A DNA stretch of 64,000 nucleotides, from NCBI GenBank assembly GCA_964016885.1, contig OZ024742.1, forward strand, positions 43,524,001 through 43,588,000, in the 5' to 3' direction. The position numbers and the translations under genes were made by a program. This stretch comes from Eledone cirrhosa (lineage: Eukaryota). This document shows, one piece after another, positions 1 through 13,720 of the stretch. The stretch's first letter is position 1, and each line of letters begins with the position of its first letter. Below the pieces are notes generated by a model. It was not told the origin of the DNA. It saw nothing but the letters and a program-made list of their open reading frames with translations, and made no database searches.

Positions 1-3000
1 ATAAAGAATCTTGCTAAGCAAATTCAGAAACGAAATATATATATATATATATTCGTTTTGATGGTCCTCTCAAACTGGTGAAATCGATATGGTTAATTAC
101 AACTACTGGTCGATAAGGATGAGAGACGCATATCTGTCGAGAAATTAAGGGTTGGATGACGTAATTGGCGCAGAGGCTGAGAAAGAAGACTACGTAACGA
201 AGGTGCGACATATGATCTAGGGATAGGGTGGGGGATGTTCAGCATCAGCCGTATATGAGGAAGCGAGAAGACATATTTGAGTGACATGACGATGGATGCT
301 CCATTTAATCGACCGAGAGTCCGACACGAATTAACATGCAAGTAGTTGAGTGAGTAAACCAGACACGTGTACCCATAACGTAATTTCCAAGGAAGGGAAA
401 TTCAGTGACAGTAATAAAGCTGGCTCTTTGAACTATATGAGACAATCCATCCGACGGGTTTCTTATTTCACTTTGAGGGTCTGGGTCGAACGAGGGCTAT
501 GATAAAGACACTTGCCCAAATTGCCAAGCAAAGAGATCGAGCCCGAGACCATAATGACTGCGATGCGAACTTTTTATTCATTCAGTTGTGCTTGCGTTTA
601 TACTATCTAGTGTATGGAAGTCTATGTGAGGGAGATTAGATGTTCGATCAACTGAACTACTTGCTTATTTAATTACCGAGTACGTGGCTGAATATTCCAC
701 AGACATGTATACCCTCAACACGAACCCCTTCTCGTCCTCTTTATCCTGTGGTAACTATCCAAAAGTAAATATACCCCTATTTTATTTTATTCGAAGATTT
801 GAGTTTACATCTCAACCAATAATTTTTAAAAATCCAGAATACAACAAAATACCATTTCACTTAACTTATGAACTTAATGATGAACAGATAGCTGTACTAA
901 ATACAGTCAGTCAATGGGACTCGTACAGAATAAGTTCAAAATGGGGGATAGAAAACTAATTAATATTTTAATAAACAAAATAGGCATGAAATTTTTTCAA
1001 ATCTATATAGTTTTTAATTATAAATAAAAAATATATACAAATCCCAAAACAGTAAATTTACCCCCCAACCACTGTCACAATATACGACAAAGCTAGATCT
1101 GTTTCCTAAGTTTCCGTTTATCATATTCCACAAGGCTAAGGTCGACTCGAGGTTATAAAAAAAGACACTTGTCTAAGACGCTACGCAATTGGATCGAACG
1201 CGAACTTAATCATATATTGCGACGAGAACTTAATCATATATTACATCTTAAATAAATAAAGTATATACTGAACAATGTAGTCACTGATATCCAAAAAGAA
1301 TGGCTAGCCACAGTTGGAATACCTTTTAACATAGACCTACTAATTCTGAGTTAACCTTGTGTTAAACGATGCACCACCACAACCACAAACAAAATAATAA
1401 AAAAAATGAATAAATAATAGTTAACTTTTACAGGAAAATTTTGTGGAACACGAAGAGATAACGATATCACGTATACACCCAATAACGACCTCAAATTACC
1501 AGAGGTCACCTGCAAAATACCGAGTAACCTAACATAAAATATATATTACAGCTACAAGCGTGAGACTAACCAATGTGAATGACTGCATGTTCGGAGGTGT
1601 GTTGTAGCGCTTTATATAATTTAAGTAGTAAGTCTGAATGTTGGAGGACTTTGCCCCCATGACTCTCTCAGGAATAAAAAGAGACCTTAAGTCTCCAACA
1701 TCAACCTGAACTATAGCTAAATACTGCGTGCATATAGTAACATTAGAATCATTTATATTTATAGGATCTACTGACCAGCAGGGTAGATCCTATAATATTT
1801 ACACACTACTTACCTTATGTATGGAGGACTAGGTTACATAATTAACGATAGTATTAGTAAACGAAGAACAGAAAAAGGAATGTGGTCTCAGCAGAGGACA
1901 GAATGAAGACGTTGCCCCGAATAATGGCTCGACTGGTAACCTATCAGAGAGCGATCGATACTTCGACAGTTACATAATGATATTATTGATCGTAAATAGT
2001 AACATCTCATCTATATGTGTATGTGTCTATGACATATTGAAAATTACATGAATGAGGAAATAATGCTTTCTCACACAAAGTCTATCTATATTTATTTTAA
2101 CGACTTTGATAAATAGGTTCAGACTAGCAATTTCTAATCTGGGGTCCACAAATGTAGTATTGGCGATCCGTCAACAAAGCTCAAAATTTCAAGTACTGTT
2201 AAAAACAATATGCACAAACACACTCTTGAGTATCAATTCATATTTATAAATGTTTCTCTTAATTACTTTCGTCGTATAAACAACCTGAGAGGGGAGCAAC
2301 TGTAGCATGCGAGGGGGTGGGGGGGGGGGATTATATCATGAATTTACTGGTAGTGAAAATGTTAGGAATCACTGTTCCAAACAATTATTTAGTCTGCTTT
2401 CCAACTGTTTCTGCGACTGTCTCACTACCACCACATTGAGAAAACGAATACTCTACGCAATCGCTTAAATTGCTAGAAATAGCAGTAAAAACTCCCCATA
2501 ATTACAATCTACCCTCTTTAAAAAAGAGCATTAGATAATATTTTAGGTACAGTCTACAGAATCGTGATGACTGGAATGCCTTTGGTCGTAGGTCACTTCG
2601 ACAAGAGCTGACCTGGAGCAACAAGGACAAAACTTTACACGGAACGAATATGTTACGTATTGCAATCTGTTTAAGTTTAGTATTAATTTTTTTAAATTAC
2701 CAGCCAAAAATAACAAACTGACAGATTGAATATTTTTCGATAGATCATCAATTTCAACAATTCATTTTAGACACAAAAACAAACACATTTTGTAATAAAT
2801 TATTAAAAGATAACGAAAACAAACGGCTCCTCATACTTCTGGTGGAGGGTTTTGTAGAAAATATTTCAGTTTTTCCTAATGTTTTAATACGAGGAAATAT
2901 GTAGATAGATAGAAAGGGTGAGGGGACAATTCCATTTAAGAAAATTATTGAAAAATGTAGATAGAGGACATATGAAAGACAGCTAAATGTGAGTAGTAGG

Positions 3001-4986
3001 ATTTAAAATAACATTCTGCGTTCACTTCCAGATACATACTCAAAGGGTCTCATTTAATCAGTTTTATTTTTCTACTTGACAAACAACCTTCGACTTCAAA
3101 CTCAATTCAATACATTTAAATACAATGTGTCGACAGCATGTGGGTGTATGTAGATAGAGGGGGGGGGGGTTAAACCATAGCTCAACCTTGATCGTGTACA
3201 CATCAAAGGCAATCCATCCGTGACCATCCTGCTTTCTTTGGGTTATTTAACAACAATGCAATACGTCGTTTCCTTAAGACGGTAGTGTATAAACAGCAAT
3301 TTGGTGGCTTTTTTTCTCTCATGTTAGGCCACCGCCAAATGAAATTTAATATACATTCAATAATAAAAGCATTATTTGCAATGTTTTAAAGATGAAAATG
3401 CCGTGAACACTACGGAAAAATATTTTTTTTTTAATTGCAAACTAGATTATCATTTAAGTTGATCGATTGGCAAAGTGGTGAGAGCGCGGTTATTCGTTCC
3501 AGTTCAATACATTCTGAGTTTAAATCCTACTGAGGTCAACTTTGCCTTTCATCCTTCAGAAATCGATGAAATAAAATACCAGTCAAGTACTGAGATCGAT
3601 TCGTTTCTTTTTTTTTTTCTTTGAATATATAAAAGTTATTCTTTTATAGACGACTTGAGCATTTATGAATATTTCCTTAATGAATTTATGGCGCCATATA
3701 AACAAATACATTTTAATTTTAAAATCATCATTATTCTTATTCAAAATCCTCTGTGCTTTAAGAAGGATGTTGGCCCTTCACCCTCAGGGCAACCACCCAG
3801 TTTCAACAACCACTTTCACTATCGTAGAATGTGGTTCTCGAGAGATGGCTATTGCAACATTTGAAAAACACATTTGAGAAAACGTTCTTAGACAAATACT
3901 TTTCTAAAAGTAGAAAAAACTTTTATAATAGGCAGTTGCTTTAATTAATTTATTTATTAACCTTTTAGATGAGAATACCATTTCTACATGTAAACAAAAT
4001 TATATACAAGGTCAATTTGAATTGAAAATGGTGGGAAATTGAAAGAGTACAACTTTCACTACTAGAAATTGAAAGTACTAACTACATTAATGCTTTAGTT
4101 ATCAAACACAATTTCATTTTCTTGTATTCTACAATGACCCAACTGGAGCCTAAGGAGTCCGGTTAAACCTACGAAAGTGTCAGTTGTAACAATTCTGCAA
4201 TAGAGTCAAGCAGTGTCAAATGGTATCAATTAATACGATACTTTTTAGTAGAAATTTAAGTCAAGAAAAATTTAAATATAACTATCTGTGGCAAAAAATA
4301 GCTTATTATATTTAAAGTGTTTGCAAGACCGGTCGGTACTCGAGCACATAAGTATAAAATGGCGATTTAGCGTGATTTTAACAAGACATCAACAAAAAAC
4401 GAAGTATTAATTGCTGTTTATCTCTAGCTCAATCAGGGTCTAACAGTAAAAGGTGTTCTAACCATGACCATGTCGTGTTTTTGTATAGCTAATACTATAA
4501 TCTTCTCCAGCGTGTCTTTCTTTGAAGGTAGGGTTTGATGTTAAAGAGATTTGGCTATTGCTAGCAGTTTTCAATATTAAAAGAAACGTGTGTATGTATA
4601 TTTTTTAATAGATGTAAATTAAAATGTTCGTTCATTTATAAGTATATATATATAGGGAGATAGGTAAAATATATAACCAACCTTAACCGCCCCAATGCCT
4701 GAGGATCGGTAACGAGAAACTCCTAGCAGTAATTCACGAAGACGATATTGAGTATTTATTCACAGCTTTGCTTTTTACCCCAGAGTGGCCCCTTAGTTAC
4801 ACACACACATATATATATATATATAATCTTTACTATGGCTGAGTGATGAGTCTTGGTCTAGAATTTCAGCTGCTTACGGACAGGATGATCAGATAAGACA
4901 CACTGTACTTAAAGTAGAAACAATTATTAAACTCTACTTCGGCACTGAGTACTCATTCTCGCGTCTGTCAACATCACACACACACA

Positions 4987-5017
<31 letters not shown>

Positions 5018-5069
5018 ATGCCATGACTGAATTATAACCATGAACATAGTCAAGGTATGTCAGGCATCA

Positions 5070-5130
5070 ACTTATTGATGAGGACATACTGTTGAAATAG
5101 CTCAGTACCTCTGAAATATGTATAAAATAT
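5070..5130 (+). ncRNA. Degenerate minimal type I hammerhead ribozyme (same family as 26138-26196)
   Basis: tTGATGA-ggacatac...-GAAA-tatgta-ta. It shares the flanking ggtatgtca and the core with the 26.1 kb copy, but C3 of the core is mutated to T. Confidence 0.45.
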
Positions 5131-5633
5131 ATTTGATCACATGAATGTCTATATTTATTAATATTTTGAATATATATATATATATATATATATACTAGTT
5201 TATGTGTACAAATGAGAAAGAAAAGTACGCAATAAAAAAATTGAGTATATAATTATATATTTTTATCAAGCTGAAATTATTCCTTTATCAAAAATAATGA
5301 CGTGGGTTGGAAGGCTAAAATACAACAATGCCAAACTAACGTGAGTGTTTTCACCTTGAACTGCCCTCCCGTTCTTATCAAAAGACACTTTATCATGAAA
5401 TACCTAAGTAAACTTAGAGTAATTATAAAGCGTAGAGAGAAAAAAAGAAGCCAGGACAATTTATTATTCTAAACAGACACTAAGAATAAGAGAAAAGAAA
5501 GGTTCCGTTACATAAGGACGAAAGTGAAGCAAGGTAGGTAGAGTATGCTGCAGGTGGGATTGGCGTACGAGAGCAGATGAAAGAAGAGCAGTTACTATTA
5601 ATGGAGGTAATTTTAAAGATATTTTTAACTTAC

Positions 5634-5757
5634 CAACTTTTCCCTTGTGGTGGTCAACAGCCTTGCCACCGGCTGAAGAACTTCTGGCCAAGCATAGTAA
5701 AACTGGCCGCTGTTTACTCACGATATTTGAGGCAAGCCGACATAAAGAAAGAGCCAT
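5634..5757 (-). CDS. COX4: First coding exon of a nuclear-encoded mitochondrial precursor, probably cytochrome c oxidase subunit 4 (downstream exons not found in the window)
   Basis: ATG at 5757 gives MALSLCRLASNIVSKQRPVLLCLARSSSAGGKAVDHHKGKV-G, whose N-terminal ~30 aa are Arg/Ser/Leu-rich with no acidic residues (presequence-like). It ends at a canonical phase-1 donor G|GTAAGT (plus-strand acttac at 5628-5633). The ending 'HHKGKVG' resembles the 'xxKIG(K/N)RE(I/V)VG' start of mature invertebrate COX4. The gene identity is an inference from this short motif. Confidence 0.5.
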
Positions 5758-5845
5758 GCTGTAAAACGTTCGATGAAGCTAGGAAATCTCAGCGAGACTT
5801 CGGCGAGATTTTCACGAAAGTTTCTACGGTAACTGTAGCGTATGT

Positions 5846-5870
5846 AAGTGACGTCACTTCCTGTAATTGG
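5846..5870 (-). promoter_or_regulatory. Proximal promoter: overlapping ETS (GABP/NRF-2-type) and full CRE motif plus CCAAT box
   Basis: The minus strand reads CCAAT-TA-CAGGAAGTGACGTCACTT about 90-110 bp upstream of the ATG. It contains the perfect 14-bp palindrome AAGTGACGTCACTT (5846-5859) in a locally CpG-rich patch. Confidence 0.65.
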
Positions 5871-6554
5871 CGAGCGTACGTGACTGGATCACCTTCTTTC
5901 TTCAATGACAACGGGAGTCAACTGAGGAATCCCCACATGGTCACTAAACCTACTAGAAATAGCAGCCAGATTTACCTAGACAGGGTGGTGGCTGTTGAAA
6001 TGTCTTTTATTATAGGGTTTTCCCCGACAGGGGTAAGCACAAACGAGGGAATACCCACATAGACGCTAGACCTGCTAGAAATAATAGCTAAATGTACCTG
6101 GAAGTGGTTGATCTTACGTTTTCCCCCGTCAGAGCTGATCTTGGACTGCAATCTCAACCTCACCAACAAGGAGTCTTTCATATGGTTGCCCGGCCTACTA
6201 GATATTGCAACCCAACTAGCCTAGACAGGATGGGCACGGCTGAAATGCCTTTGATTATAGATTTGCCCTGTCAGGGATGATTTGTGGTTAAACAACAACC
6301 TGAACCGCGCCAACGAGGGAACCTCTAGATGGGCGCCAGTCAGGCTTGACAAAGGTTGGATTGTTTTTGACCATGGTTTATTACAGTTTCTACGTGATTG
6401 ACAGAACTGCTAGAAATAGCAACCAAATCGACACTTATTCACTTTAGCATAGAATTTTTTTAGACTCCTCCCTCCCCCTCACCCTATCAATGATTTTCGA
6501 ATTGAATTTTTACATTTTGAACAAGTAGATTCAGAATCTGCAATTATTATTATT

Positions 6555-6672
6555 TGAGTTCAAATCCCGCCGAGGTTAACTTTGCCTTTCATCCTTACGA
6601 GGTCGATAAAATAAAGTACCAGTAATGCACTGGGTAATAGCTGGCCTTGTGCCAAAAGTAGAAACAATTATT
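6555..6672 (+). mobile_element. 5'-truncated tRNA-derived SINE
   Basis: B-box gagttcaaatc, central ctttgcctttcatccttacgaggtcgataaaataaagtaccag and tail ggccttgtgccaaaagtagaaacaattattatt. Confidence 0.85.
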
Positions 6673-6796
6673 ATTTTTTTAATCAGAAACTGATTATCAA
6701 GTGCAGTACTTAGGAAGAGGATACATTCGTTTTTAACGGATTTTTTTTTCAATCCTTTTTTATTGTTTTTTTTTTCTATAACTGTTTTTGGAGTTG

Positions 6797-7338
6797 GCAT
6801 AGGTAAATTATAACGTTCGGGAAAGTGAAAGTCATTTTTATGACAAGTGAATGTGTTTGTTTTTTAGTATTGCGTGTGTGATTATTTTTCTTTTTCTTTT
6901 TTTTTGTGTATTGTGTGTACGGAAAATTAGACGTACCTTATCAACATCCTTATTAGACCGTATAAATAGCTGAAATACAGTTGATCATCTCGCCAAATTT
7001 GTTGGCACCAACTCTCTGCCGCCAAAGAAATTCAGCTAAATACGAGGGGAATAAATCGTCGCTTGTCCCATGTTGTCGACGGAGCTTTTTCTTCGCACGG
7101 CTCCAAGTGTTCTCTATGAGTTGTGTGTGCACATTAGGTTGGCGAGATGATCAACTGTATTTCAGCTATTTATACGGTCTAATAAGGATGTTGATAAGGT
7201 ACGTCTAATTTTCCGTACACACAATACACAAAAAAAGAAAAAGAAAAATAATCACACACGCAATACTAAAAAAACAAACACATTCACTTGTCATAAAAAT
7301 TAGTTTCACTTTCTCGAACGTTATATTTTACCTATGCC
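6797..7338. mobile_element. MITE/foldback element with ~200-bp terminal inverted repeats; an extra partial terminal copy lies at ~7405-7464
   Basis: 6797-6996 (ggcataggtaaa...catctcgccaa) is the near-perfect reverse complement of 7139-7338, with a ~140-bp spacer. Confidence 0.85.
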
Positions 7339-7527
7339 CCATATCACTATAGAGACCTGTTGTAAATAAACAAACTGTATCGTAACTTTCAATGTAAAAA
7401 AAAAAACATTCACTTGTCAGAAAATTGACTTTCACTTTCCCGAACGTTATAATTAACCTATGCCTTTGGAGTTTAATATTATTAACATCGGAGATTAAAA
7501 ATCTGCATTTTTATTTAGAAATTGAAT

Positions 7528-8224
7528 TATAACGGCGGCGAAGATTCGAAACCGAATCTGAGCTTTCCCGCCTCTGGGACAAGCCGTGGTAACTTGTTTA
7601 CGCTCAAGAGACTAACCCCTTGGGAGAGGCTAAACACAGGTCAGAGGTGTTTACGCCTGACAGAAAATAGGTCAGAGGATATATCGATCTTTCTGACTTG
7701 TTTACGCTTGGCAAACTAATCCCTTGGGAGACTAACCAAAGTTCAGAGGATATATCTATCCTTCTAACTTCAACTCTTATAAATACAGGGATTGTTTACA
7801 CCTCGAATAGAAAAGAAGTGATATACAGACAAGACAAGTCGCATTTACAAGCCCTCGTCACGAAAAACCAGTCTGCCACTTATTCTCACCTTCCTAGCTG
7901 ATCGCTGACTCCTGCAATACAAATAAGTAAATATACTGATACGCCGCACACACGCATTTGTACACGCACCATTCATTTCTCTTTACACATATTATAATCT
8001 TATTCTGTGATACTTGAATTTACGTGGCTCGAAGACCCACCAAATTATTGTATGAATATTTTGTGTCATTGATTTTATCATTCAATATTCAAATTGAATA
8101 TTGTTATAATAAAATAAACTTTGTAACAACACAATCCTGGTATTTTTCTTTACATCGAAACCACCATACCAACAGTTACATCATCCATCCACTTATCGTT
8201 ACAACCACACAATATTCCGTTACA
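7528..8224 (+). mobile_element. Solo LTR of an LTR retrotransposon (Gypsy-like)
   Basis: Termini T(A)TAACGG...CCGTTACA (TG..CA with a mutated 5' G) and a 4-bp target-site duplication GAAT on both sides (7524-7527, 8225-8228). Internal TATAAATA (~7778), AATAAA (~8111) and repeated tgtttacgc/cccttgggaga motifs. Confidence 0.75.
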
Positions 8225-10654
8225 GAATTATTATTATTTTTTAATTTGAAATAAAATTTTGGGAATAAAGTTTCTGGAAAGTTCCCCTACCGACTTAAAT
8301 GACCATGACTTTATTTCGAAATGACCTTAACTTTATTTGTTTTGAACAAAGAGATTTACGATTCTGCAAAATGATAATAATGATTATTTCCACCAATCCC
8401 CAATTAACTTTTTTCATTTTGAAGCTCACTTGTGAGTTCCTGAGAAATAGCAGAAGAGAGATACTACAAGAGAGATACTACTAATTAGACTTAGAGAATT
8501 TACAACTGCAGTACTATTTTTGTGTGTATATAAATGTTGTCTTCATTTCAAATTGTCCGGCCGCTTCCTCTTCGGACCGGTCACCGTCGAGACCTCAGGC
8601 GTACTTGGACCCCATACTACCGATCTCATTCTTCTGTGACACAAGAGCCCTTGCCTTTCCCTTCTTTTCCCGTTTCCATATGCACAAAAGACACTTGCAT
8701 TTTTTACAATAAAACTTTTATTTCAAATGTATAAATACATATAATCGTAATCCATTGAAACAATCGTTTATAATCATTATATAAACACAAATTTAATAAA
8801 TATATTAAAAAAAAAATTTTTAAAGATAAAAATTAAAAAAAGAGAAAAATGTGGGAGAAAACCCTTACACTCAATCACGCGCGATAAATAGTTCCCTCTA
8901 ATAATCTTTGAAGTAAGCCAACACACTTGTAACATTGCTGCAGGTAAGATTGCCTCGAAAATAATTTGAGGGAAACTCCAGCACACCTTGTTATGGTGTA
9001 TGATTCAGTGTACTATACATGCACATTTGATTAGTTGTAGTGCACCTGAGCACTGTACACAATAATTTTCATTATTATTATTATTATTATATTATATAAT
9101 TCTTCCACTTTTTATGTCTTTTTTTAATGTTTCCTCTTATATATGTATATACCTTTTTTTTCGGAATAACCGAAAAGACCCTCCTCCTCTCCCCCATTTA
9201 AAGGGTCACATATATATTTTTATTTTTAGGACAAAGATGTCTTTAGACAAATTATGAATGGAAACTGAACTATTGTGATTAAAAGCAAATTCTAATGAGA
9301 AAAATTCGAAGCAATGGAAATTTCAAAAATATCTGAAGGCCTACTCCATAAAAACCTAAGTAAACTCTGGAGAGAAAAATGCAAACATTGAATAATTAAT
9401 AACTCTTCAGTGGTGGGAGAAAAGTGCTTTTTGGTTCACTAATTATGAAACTGATTTCAAAAACGAATATTGTAGTTTCCTGGAGAAAGTTAAAAATTAC
9501 AAACCCTATTCATAATCGACTAAACAAGCACCAAAAGGTCAAAGTTATATTCACTAAAACCATTAAGATAATTCCAGAATAATAACCTAACTAAAAAAAT
9601 CCAAGTTGGAATTTTTTTTCCAAAGTAGAAGGTTACAACATAGACAAAGGAACAAAATAACCTGAAAGACAATTAGAGACAGGAACAGCCAGAATCCAGA
9701 TCAAAGAATGCACAAAATCATCAATATGGATTAAAGGTAATAGGATTATGGTTTGAAAAATTCTGTAACGAAATTCTGTAGCCTGCAGGTCAGTTGTGGA
9801 GGACCTAAACCACATACTAAGTCCTTTCCAGCTCAGAGAGGTGGCTGCTCATGTGGCCAGACACTTAATCTCCTAGTCTAGCTGGACAAGCAAAATGCTT
9901 TTAAGAGTGTTAGGCATGGTGACATCTTAGAAACATACCTAATGTGGGCTCCAGCTGTATCCCACTTTCACATCTCTCTTATGGGACTCCTTATTGCTGT
10001 TGGGAATAAGATCACTGCTCTCTTTTGCACTGGCTGTTGATGACATTGCCTAGTCTATCCTCCAATGTCTGATACCTGGATGATGCAGCTCTGGGTGGAT
10101 CAGTTGAGTCTGTCGTTGACAACCTTCAGCAAGTCATCCCAACCCTATTATACCTCAGACTCGAGATCTACCCAACCAAGTCTGAAGTGATAAATGTGAG
10201 AAGCTGAATTCCTAGACGCTAAATTCAGTATCCAAGCTGTCTTGCCTGGAGCTTGGCTAACACAGAAAGATGAGGCCTTTATCCTTGGCTTTCCATATGA
10301 GAGTGCCTGGAGAGCAAGGATGACAGAGAGACTGTGCCTCATTGACACCCTTCCAGCACTTCCTTTTGGGGAACTGTTTTGCCCTCCCAAACTCCTCTTC
10401 ACTCTGGGGTGCATGCATCCTCTTATCTTCATCCCCCAGTCTTGTTTCTTTTCTATAATTTTCAAATAATTTTGAAAATAATCAAGAATTTGGAGGAATT
10501 TAGTAATATAATTAAATTTATCATTTATCTGGTGTTTGGAATAATTTAACATTGATTCTTACATAAAATTATCATGGAAGATTTTTAGATATATATAAAC
10601 ACTTTAAAATAAACAGTTTTGTATTGTAAAATCAAAATTGCGTAGACTTTCGAA

Positions 10655-10932
10655 AACATTTTTTCATGCTCAGAGTTGCTGAAGCATGGAACAAACTACA
10701 TGCATCAGTTGTTAGCTGCTGAGACACTGCATCCTTTAAAACCTCCATGCTTTCTGAAATTTGCCAACACTACACCTGATATCCCCACTCCATACACATG
10801 CACACATATATATCATGACTCATACACTGTTCACTTTCCTGACATTTACATTATTCTATGTACCATAAATGCACCTTTGACCAGTTGTAGTGCACCTGAG
10901 CACTGTACACAATAATTTCATTATCATTATCA
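10655..10932 (+). mobile_element. CR1-like LINE 3' end; a shorter copy of the same tail lies at ~8990-9093
   Basis: Translates to FFMLRVAEAWNKL, typical of a CR1 ORF2 C-terminus. The tail gttgtagtgcacctgagcactgtacacaataatttcattatt is shared with the 9035-9093 copy. Confidence 0.65.
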
Positions 10933-11224
10933 TTTAATGAAGTGTTTTTTGCGTATGAAGATAAATATATTTTAAATAAACTTTTTAAATAATGTATACA
11001 GAGAACAGCAAATCAATGAATATAAAAACAAAGATATATATATATATTGATTCCCTCATGAATGATCCAGATTGATCATCGAACTGCACCGATATTTGGT
11101 GAAATGTATTCATGACTTGTGAAGGATACATATGAGGAAAATATATATAATTTTTATCAGGTATCTATATTTTAAATTTTTGTTAAATTTTAATATGATA
11201 CTGTAATGAAACAAGTGTTCTTAC

Positions 11225-11520
11225 ATTCTCTTGGCAGTAGAAACTTCTGGTGTCCTTGGCCCTAGAGCTACCTCCCTACTCACCACCATAGGCGCTGAAC
11301 TGGCCAGCCGCAGGTGTGAGCCTTGCGAGTTGGAATGGCTCTTTCAGCGCATCTCCCTTACCATCCTCCAGGGAAATGCCTTCTCCATTCTGTCCGCCAG
11401 GGCTGTGGGGAGGCCAGCATGTGGGACCCCATTTGCAGAGAGATGGAGGCGATGACAGTGGGAGTTTGGCTCTTCCCCGTTTGGACCATATCCTTGTGGT
11501 TGTGTTCATTACCTATAGAG
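11225..11520 (+). mobile_element. CRE-clade non-LTR retrotransposon 3' fragment
   Basis: AVETSGVLGPRATSLL...WLFQRISLTILQGNA, the C-terminal part of the restriction-like endonuclease region of CRE elements. Confidence 0.75.
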
Positions 11521-11889
11521 TTCACACGCGTACATACAAGTACACCCGGATTAGATTAGTTAAGGGCTGGAGTATAATTAGAACTGTGCTACTGTGTAGA
11601 TAGCTTCTTCCTTCAGTGTTCCTTCCTATCATATGAACATTTTAAAGTATATTTCACTTATATATCTCTCTACTAGTTATTGCCAAAATAGATTCTATAC
11701 AGATTGTCTCCTGTTAAAGTTTGATATGTTCTATTGAATGTTTATATCATTAGATATATATATCTGTATATATGTCATTCACAATTTTGTAATAATTAAA
11801 TGCTTGGATTTATTCCTTGAATTTTTCTTTGAGCTTATTTTTGGGTGATAAGACACATGTTTGAGATCATTTCAAACATCTATAACTTT

Positions 11890-11921
<32 letters not shown>

Positions 11922-12499
11922 GTAATTCCGTCGGAAAGGTCCAGGAAAAAAGAGTGCTCTATGTAGGTTACAGAGCTTAATAGTTATGTCTTAAATCTAC
12001 ACTTATTTTTACCTTGTATATTATTAAACCAAGAAATAACAGAGGATGTATTTAACCATTGATAAGTCAGTCTTACCACAACTATATATATATATAAATA
12101 TTCATCATCATCTCCGTTTAATGTCCATTTTTCCATGCTAGTATGGGTTAGATAAGTTGTCCAGATGTGAGCCAAGCCAGAGCAGATGACTGTGTCCTGC
12201 TCACACTAGACCAATTTTGGGTTGGTTTCTATAGCTGGATGCCCTTCCTAACAGCAACCACATTTACAGTGTGTATTTGGTGCCTTTTATTGTGGCACCA
12301 ACACAACCACTTTACTGTGTTGACTGAGTTCCTTTTGTTATGACACCTACACGATCACTTTACAGTGGGGGGGGGGATTGGAGAGGTAGATCTAGGGTGG
12401 AGCACTTATCAGGTGAGGGGTGGATCAAGGAGATATTAGGCCATTGGAGTTGTATGGTAAGGGAGAGTAGTGCATACTAGATGTATGCTTCAACCTATG

Positions 12500-13720
12500 G
12501 ACATGTGAAAGTAAGTCTTATGTATACTGCACAACGCCAGAGATCACGATCCTGTGTCATCATCTTTGAGAGGTATAGTTGTGCAGGGTCAGCTTTTATC
12601 ACCTCATCCCAAGTCTTCCTACTCCATAGCTTCCATCAACTTTGAGTGCCCTGCACCTTTTTATAGTTGTTATCTGGCATACACATCACGTCCATCCCAA
12701 TGCAATCTCCTCTCATGCACAGTGCATCTGATCCCGCTTATGCCCAGTTTCTCTCTCAGTTCACTTATGCTTTGCCATTCATGTATATTACTTTTATACA
12801 TGCATCAAAGTATACCAGCTTCATTTCTTTCCAATCTTTGCAAGTCCTCTGCACAGTGCCCAGGTCTCACTACCACGTAACATTGCTGTTCGTATATAAG
12901 CATCATCCAATCTTCCCTTCATTTTGAGGGAAAAACCTTTTGTAGCTAGCAGTGATAGTAGCTCCCTGAACTTTCCCTGGCTACTGTACTTTCAGAACAC
13001 TCACCTCCATGGCGTATTTGTTTACCCAGCTAGCAGCTGTCAACTGCTTCTATGGAACCTTCTAAAAATTTGATAGAACTTGTTTCCTACACACCGACCA
13101 AGTTCATTTCCCTGAGGGGATCAGGGCTCTGTTTTCCCCTTTACTTACTAGGACTTAAGGTCATGTTGACTAAGTTCTTTTGATTCTGGGTCATGCTTCC
13201 AGGTTTGGAATTTCTTCTCTAATTCTGCCATAGATTCAGCTATAAGAGTGCGATCATCTGCATACAGTTCTCATGGGCTGCCAGTCTTAAACTCTTGTTA
13301 TAGCCTGCAGGATGATAATAAACAGGAGAGAGCTAAGAACAGAGTCCTGGTGGACGTCTACCTGCACACTAAATTCTTCACTATAGTCATTGTTAATCCT
13401 AACTTTGCTGATTATTCTCCTATATATAGCTTTTACAGACTTCACAAGCCACTCATCTACTCCTAGCTTTCTAAGAGCCCACTAGATAATGGAACAGGAG
13501 ACTCTGTCAAAAGCTTTCTCAAGATGAACAAATGCCAGGTGGAGTGGCTTACTCTTAGCTAGGTACCACTCCTGTAGTTGCTTCACATCTAGTTTAACCT
13601 GGTCCCTAATCAGCAGTGCTGTAACTCTTTCTGTTACTTTCATGACCTGGTCCATCAACTTGATGCCTCTATAGTTTTCTCTATCTAGTGCATCTCCTTT
13701 ATCCTTGTAGCGGTTGTATG
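12500..13720 (-). mobile_element. Degenerate RTE-clade LINE reverse transcriptase fragment
   Basis: YKDKGDALDRENYRGIKLMDQVMKVTERV...LQEWYLAKSKPLHLAFVHLEKAFDRV, with many disablements. Confidence 0.8.

Noticed and set aside
1760-1794. 12-bp inverted repeat tataggatctac/gtagatcctata
   Set aside because: Short and isolated, with no associated element or function evident.
1814-1940. Possible minus-strand exon 2 of the mitochondrial gene (good donor at 1808-1813)
   Set aside because: Stops in all frames and no COX4-like RE(I/V)VG.G.NG motif.
4838-4935. Hammerhead-like tGATGA...GAAA
   Set aside because: Core and stems too degenerate to support.
5577-6062. 161-aa plus-strand ORF
   Set aside because: Antisense to the real exon and running through the promoter and repeat fragments; no recognisable protein.
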